Source: Perna viridis
Taxonomy: Eukaryota
Length of the DNA: 64,000 nucleotides
NCBI GenBank assembly: GCA_037379345.1
Contig: CM074511.1
Location: 42,538,862-42,602,861, forward strand
Direction: 5' to 3'
A program made the position numbers and the translations under genes. The notes under the pieces are model-generated. The model was given only the letters and a program-made list of their open reading frames with translations, ran no database searches and was not told the DNA's origin. This document shows positions 1-60,600 of the stretch, in pieces. Positions within the stretch are counted from its first letter, which is position 1, and every line of letters starts with the position of its first letter.

Positions 1-1381
1 TTGTTAAATTTTAAGGCAAAATCATTAAAAAAATACCTTACAATGAAAGTTAATCAAAAAAATACATGCAGTTGCATTGTCATACTAGGTATATCCTAAA
101 GTCTCTATTAAAAAGGGAAAGTTCCAAAAAGTATGTGAAGATGATATCGGACAGCAAATAAAAATACTTACAATATATGCCCCATTTACATTAAGCCATA
201 TGCCAATTTGAAACCAATCCATCCATTGAAAGTAAATCTAATTGTGACAAAAATCTGATGGACGGATGGACAGTGGGGTTCATTCAATGAGCAAAGGTAT
301 AATATCTCATTCTTCAGCGATTTTCCCATCTTTAGACAGGTAGTTTTAAAGTTCTTCTTATCTAGTAATAATTGGTGTCATATTAATTGCCATTCTCTAT
401 AAGAATCAGGCAGTGGATGAATCATTGTAGAAAATACACACAATTTCCATGAAATCTTATTCAAAGATTATCTGAAATATAGAAATTGTATTCTTTTTTT
501 TAGTGTCAGTAAATGGAGGTGCAATTTATATGAAATGCATTGTAATTTATTATCAAAGAGAGATGACTCACTTTTTCCCTATTTTTCTCTTGTAACTTTT
601 AACTTGCTTTTCTAAAACCTCTGACACTTCTTAGACAAATGAACTATCAATTTGTCTTCAAAAAACCACAGACTATGTGTCCACATTGGAGGGGGGGGTT
701 AAAAAAAAACAATTGAGTCCATTTCCATGGTTCTCTTCAAAGCATTAAAGAAAAAAATTGCAAAGTTCTATAATACTAGGAAATCGAAACATGGAACATA
801 CATTTACCAATAATCAATTTGTCAAATATTAAAAAAGATAATTCTTAATAATATTTATACTTCTTCCTCCAATATATATCCATAATCACAAAGTAAATGC
901 ACCAAAAGTTGAAAAAAATAAACAATAAAAAAATAAATATCTGTAATGTTCAGTAGTTAACTTTATGCAAATACTTGTATTTCTCATTCGAGAAGCAAAA
1001 TCCAAAAAAGCTTCAATAATGCTTTGATGTACCGGTACATTAATGCAGAATCTAAAATTGGCTTTTAACTCAGACGCAAATACAGTATACATTTACCATA
1101 CACATTCATGAATGTGGCAATAAAACAGTTGCTCTAAGAATTTTTTTTTTTAATCTACTGACAATTAAGTTGTAAAAAACTGTAGCATTTCATTCAGCAG
1201 TGAAACAGTAAGCATGGTAAATGAAACATGGTGGCAAGCAAAAGTATAAGCTTTAATTCTGGCAAAAAGTATTAAACTGGGCAGGTCTACTAAGTTGCTT
1301 CATTCAGTAAGCTTTTCATGAATATATTTTAGAAAAAGGAGAAAAAATATACACAACAAATACTTATAATCTTGCTATCAG

Positions 1382-1723
1382 AGTACCATACATGAACCGA
1401 TCCGTGCAACAAAAATAACGATTGGTCATCGATCACCAATCAATTTCAGGTCAGTCATCGAGATCTGTCAAACCGATCCATTTAACTGGTGATCGCGCAT
1501 CACATGACCACAAAGCGGTCAATGTATTTTACAGTTTTTGTTGTTTTCTTTGTCAATTTTACATATATTTACAAAATGTTATAGATTTAAACATCAATTT
1601 ATCCTTTTATTTTACATTTATTTTATTTTAAAACAGATCTTACATCATTTAACATAACAAAACTGTTAGATCGGTCACCGATCTGTCAAATTGTAGCACG
1701 GATCAGTTCAAGGACTGTATACT
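1382..1723. mobile_element. MITE with about 45-bp imperfect TIRs, downstream of the MIB1 stop codon
   Basis: TGAACCGATCCGTGCAACAA...CGATC matches the reverse complement of GATCGGTCACCGATCTGTCAAATTGTAGCACGGATCAGTTCA. Confidence 0.75.
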
Positions 1724-2284
1724 GTATGACTGGTAATTTTTGCAGAACAAATTTGGTGTCCAAAGTGTGAACATGTATATTATATTCAAAGAATCAGTCT
1801 ACAGCTGTACTTTGGAAACTCATAATTATTTAGGAATAACTAATTTATATTATATTTTACAAATCAAATTTTTGCAGTCTCTAAGCAACTGCAAAATTGT
1901 AGTAAAATTAAATTGCAGCAAAAATTTCCAGTTATACAATATTGCAATTATAACTCCTCTTGTACAGAAACGATAGAACTACTACTTGTTATATCACAAT
2001 AAAACATCTTTTAAAAATCGTAACTTTATACACATACATGTACATGTATGTTAAGTTTTCCTTTTTTATTGTAGAAGACGAAGTTCATCTAAAACAGAAA
2101 CTAAAAAAATCTAGTTTTGAACAAAAATTACTTTTCTAGTTTTATTTATTCTATTCTATAGAACACACAGAAAAATCAACAGATTTTAATAACTTAAAAA
2201 ATTTTCTCTACTTAAAAATACTTTTAAAATATCATGTTCTTTGTCACAGCCAAGAAATAAATAAGAAAACAACATATAACACTG

Positions 2285-51337
<49,053 letters not shown>

Positions 51338-54290
51338 TTTGGTTTCGTTTGTGATGAACTAATTCATTTTTGCCAAATGTTTATATTTTTCAGGATCGAA
51401 AATGGTAGTAGGAAGTTCTTGGTCTCGCAAAATCTTGAGCAATCTCGTGAATCGGTTGCACTCTAGACTCTTCACTGCCTTCCACGAAAAGTCAAGAAAG
51501 ATTAAAATGTTGAAGTGCGTTCGTTTCAAGAATCGTTCAAAACCGGCGTAATCATAAAAATTGGAAATTTCGGTTAATTGAACTTCACCTTAGAGCAAAC
51601 GCAGAAGATACAAACAGTATATATGATCAATTATAACAACAATAAAGGGGAAAAATAAATAAACAAAGAAAATTGGATGTCGACAACATAGTTGAAGTAA
51701 TCAAGGGAACCAATGTTATATACTATGATTATTTTTTTGTATTTAAACAAGAGTCAATAATTATAGATTCCATTTAACCAAAATGTAAAACCTACTAAAG
51801 CTGTGTCGTGTGATATGTGAACTGATCTCAAGAACGTTTGTCTATTTGTCGTGTAAAATTCTAATTCAATGTCTATTTATTTCCAGGTAATCAACCCATA
51901 GAACTCTAGACGGCCTAATTGGAGGTGTTCTGCCCTAACAAAGTCCTGTCAAATATAGTATGACTAAATAGATACAATTTTATAACTGTAAGACCCTTCT
52001 ATGCTTACATTATCTTCCCTGTATCAATTTGATCCCATGGAGCAGTGTATCGAATAGAGTCGTCACATTCCGAGACGTTGTATAATATTGATTCGTTGTG
52101 ACATGAACTCTCCCGTACTACCATACATCGTGTACTAAGTTAAAGCCCTAGATTATTCCTAAAGGGATGAATGAACCGACCAGCGAAAGCTATATTTTAT
52201 ATAGCCCAGCCAAGTTTCTGCATATGTTCAAAATATGTTTAAATTTATTCATTTTAATTTCTGTCTGGCACAAAATCAAACTTAACCGGAGGGGTTGTTG
52301 TCTCTTTGACATATTCACATTCTCTTTATATATCAGTGTTTTCATATCATCAAAATCGTACACACTGCCGTTATGAAAAACCCCGTTTTCTTCAAGTGCC
52401 AAGTTGGTCTGTTTTTTGTTATTTAACCAAGAATTATTCCCATAATTTCAACTGGTCGCACCGTTTAGGTCACGTTTTTCAGTATGCCCTACCATGTATT
52501 CTAAGTTTTCCAACTTCAGTGGCATATAATTGCTAAAACAATTAAAACTATCTCCTAGAAGAAACAAGATTTTTACTATTACATTCCGCGTTTAACAGGA
52601 TTTACAACCTACGAACTTGATACTTACTAGCTGCATTGGTGTAGCTCTTTGACATAAGGAGCAAGTCCACTACGGTATTTTTTTTAAATTTCAGTTACAT
52701 GTAGTAATCGCACTACTATTATTTGAAGACGTCGAAGTTACAAAAAAGATATATTACATTTCCTCTGATATCGTTAAGTAAATTCTTGACAGGATGTATT
52801 TTTCGCATTTTTATTGCTATCTTATATCACGTTCACAATCAAAATTTCCGGCATACATACATGTGTATAGTATATATTGCCCCCTACTTTCTGTTGAAAT
52901 TTGATTACATGTATCTCAATTTAATTTGTCTATTTTAGAGACTTTTACACTATTTCCGCATTTTTTACTTTTGTTTATTTGAATTTAATGATATCCGTCA
53001 AATATGCATTTTTTTATTGGACCCCTTAATTGTGACTGATGTCGGGGAGCTTCTCTATTGTTGCAAGGTTATTACGGTATATCACACTCATATATAGTAT
53101 CACGGATGTCACTGCCGGAACAGGACATGCATATCCAATGTCCCCCCCCCCGTTTTATTTATTTATTTTTTTTATGGGATCTCATATTGCTAGTGCGTAG
53201 TTTAGATTTTTTGTTTTTGTGTTACGTTTTGTTTTTCTTATCTTCAGTTTTTATATGTAATATGTTTATTCGGTCGCAACATTGTGTATTTAGATCGTCT
53301 TTGTTTACCGTTTTCACGTTGAATTTTGGCGTGTTTGAATTGTTCTACGCCGTGTTTTCCGTTGGATATGGGGAATATGTCAGAGACAACAACCCAACCA
53401 TGCTTAAATGTCATCTCAAGGCCACCCAAATGAACAACCAGGAAATCCTCACACCACCGGGGAGGCTGCAGCTGGACCAGTTATTAGAGTTGAAGTCCAC
53501 ATAGAAATAGTTAATACATACAAATTTAACATTTGACCTTTGAGTCACTGAAGTCGAAATAAAAATCTCCTGTGCATGAAAATTTTGGGTAAAGAATAAG
53601 TTGGTCCGTTTACTAAATGATTTTTGTGGTCTACTATATTGGTTAACCCAACTTTAAAAAAAATCACAGTTGTAAAATATTTGATTACCTTAATTATGCA
53701 AAATTGAACATATCAGTTAACAACACGAAATCAATTATACAAAAGTGAGTCAATGTTTGAAGTAATTCGTGCAAATTTGAAATGCATTGCTGTATTTTGT
53801 ACAATACAAAAATACAAAGTACCCACTAGAGAATAAATTTATATACAACGTGGAAAGTGTCAGCCATGTAGTTATACGCATTATACATTGTGATACTAAG
53901 ACATTCAACAGTATGCTCATTTTCTTCAAGGACTGTATCTACACTCCCTTTTTTTTCTTCAGAGAGATATTTAAATCCCGTTATAGTAAGGACGGATTTT
54001 AGTAGAAGATGAATATATCATTTTCTAAAATAGGTAGATCTGAATACAGAAATGATAAATCGTTATGTGAAAGTATAGCATGTATAGACTTATAAAGCAT
54101 CGTTTGATTGGTAGTATCTGAATTTTATGTGGCTGACATTGACCTCCGTCCATCAAAGGTATAGCCTAAAATTATATTATATATGATGATATTAATGTTT
54201 CTAAAAAGATACCAATATAACAATGGCTTCATATTAATGCGTGTACGCCGGTTTATTGACATAAGTTTAACCAATTTAAGGAAACAAACG
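51338..54290. promoter_or_regulatory. Divergent (head-to-head) intergenic and 5' region of MIB1 and CABLES
   Basis: Start codons lie 2.95 kb apart on opposite strands. CpG density is visibly higher than in the gene bodies. Transcription start sites cannot be placed from sequence alone. Confidence 0.55.
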
Positions 54291-54604
54291 ATGGCTTCAG
54301 CCAACATGAAATACTTGAAAAGGAAATCTCGACGAAAAATAGCGGCTGTAAATTTCCTGTCTAATATTTCGTTAGATGGGAGCCACAAAGACACCAAATA
54401 TGCCATGTTCAATAGAAAACATCACAGACTGAAAGAAGAAAATGAATCTGAATCAAGTGACGTAACTGACGTTCAAGTTCTTCAAGTTAAAACAGACCAA
54501 TCTTCTAACGACCACCAGAAAGTAAAAAGGAAAAAGTCATTTGAGGCACCCAGTGCTAACTTGATTTGTGAAGCGGCCATAATTTCACCCACCAAACTTC
54601 ATAG
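54291..54604 (+). CDS. CABLES1: CABLES exon 1
   Basis: MASANMKYLKRKSRRKIAAVNFLSNISLDGSHKDT...SPTKLH(R); donor AG|GTAAGA. Confidence 0.88.
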
Positions 54605-57600
54605 GTAAGATCCACAGTGCCAGTTTACTGCACAAGCACATAAAGGTAGATCTAGTCAGAGATTGCTCTGGTGCCCTACGGTTGATTTGCCACACAAGCT
54701 TGGGCTGTGGGATGTCAGAATTCATTCCTTATTGAAAACATCTGAATTTACTAAGTAGAAATTTTATAAATTCAAGGTAAGACAGTTATTTATTGTTGCA
54801 TGAACACTACTGATATGTTTTTTCACTCTGTAGACAGTGTAGTGTAAGAAATTTGCACACGTCATATTTTTTTCCAAAATTACACATTATTTGAATCTGT
54901 GATATTGAACTTTACAAGTTGAAGAAATTAAAATTGTGTTAATTATTTTAAATTTCTATTGTGATCGCCATGTACAGGAGATCCAATCTGGTGTTTTGAT
55001 ATGAGACAAGCTCTGACATTCCATGGCCCTAGCTACACATGTACACAAATCAATCGTTGTACATCAGAGCAATCTCAGACTAAGGTAGATCCAATAAAAC
55101 TAAACTTGAGAGTAGAATAATCAATATGTCCACTATGCAATTTAGTGTAAACAGTATTTCATTCGAAAACCAAGTCACAAAATAAATCTACCATTAGATG
55201 GGGATTTGAAAACATATCAGTGAACAGCACTTATTCTAAATCACAACTCATTTTGTTAAGGTATAGCATTTTGTCTTGTTACTTGTAAGTGCTCATTCTC
55301 TACTGTTATCATTTCAACATATCATTTCAACATACATGTATATTATTTGAATACCTTATACAGCTAATTAAACAATTAAATTCAGGAATAAATACATGTC
55401 CATTGTACCTTGTATCTGTATACCAGGATACATTGTCAATCATATTACTTTAATTATAGGACATATTCAGCTACTCTAGAGAAAGAGAGACTTGCTCGTA
55501 ACAAGATGTATACCGATCCAAGCCTTATTAGAGAAGGCTTGCAAGGTATGTATAAAAAATCAGACATTGACATTTTGGAGAATTATTTTAATGTACATGT
55601 ATAGAAAATCATCACTGACCATTGTTTTTAGCTTGTAAATGACTTTGTAGTGGAAAAATTGAATTCATGAAACATGAAAATAAGTATCCTTACAGTAAGT
55701 TTATTTAAGTTCGTATACAAAATATGTTTTACCTTCACTGTCAACAATACAGTAACAGTACATATTCAATGTACAAGTACTATGAAGGCTCCACACATCT
55801 GTCTCTTGTTTACTCTTGATTTTTTAAGCTTTTGTGAATTATAACTTTGAAGGTTATTATACTTGAATATTTGAATCAAGATTATCATCTCATAGATGAA
55901 TTGTTACAGGTGTTCCCTTACAACCAAATCTTCGACAGTCTACTAAAAGATCTGTGAATTTCTTTGATGTGAACAGCAGAAGAAGGATAGGGGAAGAAAG
56001 GTATTTACATGACGTGATATTTGCATGCACATTTCTGAAGAGCACCAACCCTCCCAGTGTTTACTGTGTTAAATAATTTTCTGTACAAGAATTTACATTT
56101 ACAGCTTATAAGTGCATATGCCAATTATGTTGCCATCCTGTTTTCTTCACATAGAAAACAATATATGTAAGAAATAAATAAATGATGTATTTACACTTGT
56201 GTCAGCCATTGAAAAAAAATAATTCATTTTCAAACATATAAAAAATGCTTAATTATTGTGTTCATGTATATAACATCACATTACACATATAAGTTTAAAA
56301 CAGAAAGTGTTGGTGATTGTTGTGTGTATGTGTTCATTTCTCCTCCCACTCCCCACTTTTCCCTGGTGTCTCTCTAAAAGAGAAGTCACTATCGTACTTC
56401 CTGTTTTTCTCAAATAGCTTGAGCCCTTGTTTTCATATAGAATTTTCCTTCAGTGACTTCATCTGAAATATTAATGATATCACAATATAACATTGTTTCT
56501 TAGATGACTCTGTGGCCATTTGGAGCAAAATGTCATGATCAAAATAAATTGAACTGTATAGATAGATTAGTTCATTCTGAACAAAAGTAATAAAATTTTT
56601 TTAGTACAATGAATATACAATTTTTTTTTGTTTCAAATGTTTTTCAAAGCACTAGAAATGAAAAATTTTTAACAGGAGTATTGGAAATAGCAACAAAATA
56701 ATGCATGTTAACAAAAACAATTTGCTTTGTTTGTTTGTTGGGGTTTAATGCCCAAGCAGCAATATTTCAGCTATATTCAGGCGATGAACATGCAGTGGAT
56801 GATAAAATGAAAAATGGGATGGGACACCAGGACAATGGGGTCGACAAATTTTGATTACCACTGGAAATAGGGAGAGGTGGGTAGGTTCGGGCAATTTAGC
56901 CTCCTGTGGCGGAGCCCTATGGTTCCTACTCCAAGAGAATACCACAGTAGGGTTTTTTAACGTATGAGGAACGTGGCGTCTTTCCCAACACAGTGCACCA
57001 CTATGGTTTGCGGTCAGGTTTTCCGTATTATAGCCTGAAAACCCCAGCAATGTAACACGCCAGGGGTACCCCATTCCACCACCTGGGGCACACATCCCAG
57101 TTGCTCTGTGGGCAGAGCGCCCTAGCCCCTGGCTAGGGTTCCGAGCACTATTTGGTCGCCTTTCACGACAAGCTTAGCGCTGCTGCAGGCCAATTCTTTT
57201 GACACCCGGACCTGAACAGGTCCAAAAACAATTTGCAATTGATGTATAACACTTCATGGAGTCATAACGTTTGTGTCCTAAAAGGAAAATGTTATTTCAT
57301 TTCTGTGGAATTAAATAGTAAGCACTAAGCAAAAGCAGAATATTAGTTTAGTGTCAGTCCCTGTAAGAATCAGGCAGTAGGTGAAACATGGTATGAAAAA
57401 AAAACATAATTTTTAAAGTGTAATTTGACTATTTGCACCATCAGAATCAAGGAAAACTGACAAGATTTTCCATATCATGCTGGACCATTGAGTTATAATT
57501 TCATTGAAATGCACTGAAAATGAACATTTCAAGTGTAGATAACTGTCCAAAACCTCATTTTTCTAAAATTCTAATGAAAAATTTCTTAGCAAATCAAATG

Positions 57601-60600
57601 ATGCAGAGATCAATTAATGGTCTTTTCAAATAGAGAAAGCATCATTGAGTGATATTTTATTGTTAGATGGTTGGGCTTTTGACATGCATGTTTCTGATTT
57701 TTCCCATTTTGCCTGATTCTTACAAACACTTAATCTTAAATAATAGGATTGTACACTTAAATAATTCCATTTTTTAGGATAATTATAGTATCAAAGAATA
57801 AAGCTCCAATGGTGATCTGTTCTACATTACCATATAACAAAAAGTAAGTTAAATCAGTGGATTATCTGTTCTACATTACCATACAACAAAAAGTAAGTTA
57901 AATCAATGGTGATCTGTTCTACACTACCATACAATAAATAGTAAGATAAATCAATGGTGATCTGTTCTACACTACCATACAACAAAAAGTAAGTTAAACC
58001 AATGGTGATCTGGTCTACACTACCATACAACAAAAAGTAAGTTTAACCAATGGTGATCTGTTCTAAATTACCATAAAACAATAAGTAAGTTAAATCAATG
58101 GTGATCTGTTCTACACAACCATACAACAAAAAGTAAGTGAAACCAATATTGTTCTGTTCTACACAACCATACAACAAAAAGTAAGTTAAATCAGTGGATT
58201 ATCTGTTCTACATTACCATACAATAAATAGTAAGATAAGTCAATGGTGATCTGTTCTACACTACCATACAACAAAAAGTAAGTTAAACCAATGGTGATCT
58301 GGTCTACACTACCATACAACAAAAAGTAAGTTAAACCGATGGTGATCTGGTCTACATTACCACACAACAAAAAGTAAGTTAAACTGATGGTGATCTGTTC
58401 TATACAACCATACAACAAAGAGTAATTTAAACCAATGTTGATCTGTTCTACACAACCATACAACAAAAAGTAAGTTAAATCAATGGTGATCTGTTCTACA
58501 TTACCATACAACAAAAAGTAAGTTAAATCAATGGTGATTTGTTCTGCACTACCATACAACAAAAAGAAAGTTGAATCAATGGATTATCTGTTCTTCACAA
58601 CCATACAACAAAAAGAAAATTAAATCAATGGTGATCTGTTCTTCATTACCATACAATGAAAAGTAAGTTAAATCAATGGTGATCTGTTCTACATTACCAT
58701 ACAACAAAAAGTAATTTAAATCAATGGTGATCTGTTCTACATCACCATACAACAATAAGTAAGTTAAACCAATGGTAATCTGTTCTAAATTACCATACAA
58801 CAAAAAGTAAGTTAAACCATAGTTTTATAGCAAAAAATTAATCAAATTAGTTGTGAAGAGTTATTATCTAAATATAATATGAATCATGATAAAGCAGTCA
58901 TCCTGTTGTTTTTATTCACACTGTTTTTTAGTCATCACTGTTAAGGATATTGATATTTATACATTCTAATTTTTGACACATGTGGTTTTATAGTAATAAT
59001 GATTAATACTTGTGATTTAGAGCAGAGTATGAGGAAATTAAGATAACAAGAACAAGAAACATGTCAGGGACATCACATGAAGGACTGCTGTACCTGGGTC
59101 TGCATGCTGTAGGACTTGTAGAGGAGGGGCAGGTACACTTTCATTGTACATTGGAAAAATTGCAACACATGTTTTCATATGAACCTAAACATATGAAAAA
59201 ACATTATAAGGTTTTTTTCCGGTGTTTTAAAAACATATGATAAACATGTTACATTTTTCCTGTGTACTCTAGTTCTTATCAATATTTATGACTTTCATAA
59301 ATCATTAAGATTTTGTTGTTTAGAAGCAGCTTCACTGCGCAGGAACAGAAAGTAATCTAATTGAAAAGAAAGTCACAAATAAAAGAAAAATGAATAAGCA
59401 AGTTTTCTGGGAGAATTAATGATACAGTACTTACAGTACTTTATATGGTAATTGTCATGGTAACCACTGGAGAAAAAAAATCTCTGAGAAAGAAGACTCC
59501 TCATTCATCCTGATGATACCACTCATAACCTCTTTAGTTTGTTCTGTCAAATCTTATCACAATACTTCTAACAGTATTTAGTTTAACATTTATTATCTGA
59601 ATGTCAACAGGCTATAACAAATAAAATAACTCATTTGTATGTATATTGCCTGTGTTTATGCCTATAAGACGAAAAGTAAATACATCACGGAAGATTTTCT
59701 CTTGATGAGCAAATAAACAAGAAGCTTTATACTAAACAGTTTTTATATTTTGTATTATTCAATGCTTTGGCATATGCCAAGGATTCATAAACTCTACTGA
59801 TGATTATGCTTTAAATGATTCTCTTACTGTTCTCAGTCATTGATGTATTTTATAACGGTGCTAGTGAATGACTTATTGTGGATGCTAGTAGATATGATAA
59901 AACTAGAACATATTTCAACTTGCAACCAATAACACTTATCTATTTATAGGAGGTATCCTACGGCTAGTTTTATATTTATAGTATGTATTGTACACTGTAC
60001 AGTGAGATATCTATTTATAGAATGTATTGTACAGTGAGTTTTCTATTCATAAGAAGTATTTTACAGTGAATTTTCTATTTATTGGATATATCATACAAAG
60101 CCTTATCTATTTATCGGATGTATCATACATTGCCTTATCTATTTATAGGATGTATCATACAGTGCCTTATCTATTTGTAGGATGTATCATACAGTGAGTT
60201 ATTAGTTCCATCCCATGGCAGGTACTTACACAGAGCTCAGTCTGAGAAGGGGCTACAGCTACTTACAGAGCATGCACATCCTCTTACTACAGGTACTTAT
60301 CAAGCTTGCCTCAAAATAACTCCTTATTGATGTTTATTATGTGCATTTGTTAGCTGCACAAGGATTATTTATGAAATTTTGATTTGAAATTTTGAAAAGC
60401 CCAGCAGTCAATTTCACAGAAAGTATAAATTAAATCGTAGTGATGATGTCACTATGATATTTTCTATTATGATGCCGTAGTTTAAATTTACACTTATCAA
60501 CCTCTAGACCTTTCACTCTTGAAAGTAATTTTGAACCCCTGTGCAATGTAGAAATTTGAGTGCACATTGCATAATGAGGAAGTTTGTTAGAGGAAGTCGA

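Noticed and set aside
53058-53504. 148-aa hydrophobic ORF between MIB1 and CABLES
   Set aside because: It is T-rich low-complexity sequence made of apparent repeat fragments (part recurs near 50655-50690) and has no ATG start.
56745-57095. 116-aa ORF on the minus strand
   Set aside because: It lies inside the GC-rich SINE-like element and has no reverse transcriptase or endonuclease motifs.
58191-58803. Minus-strand ORFs with 16-aa repeats (LLYGNVEQITIDLTYF)
   Set aside because: These are the antisense reading of the 48-bp array. Any stop-free unit whose length is a multiple of 3 gives such an ORF, and there is no independent coding evidence.
57807-58820. CRISPR-like regular repeat spacing
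   Set aside because: The units are head-to-tail with no unique spacers, there are no cas genes, and the context is a eukaryotic intron.
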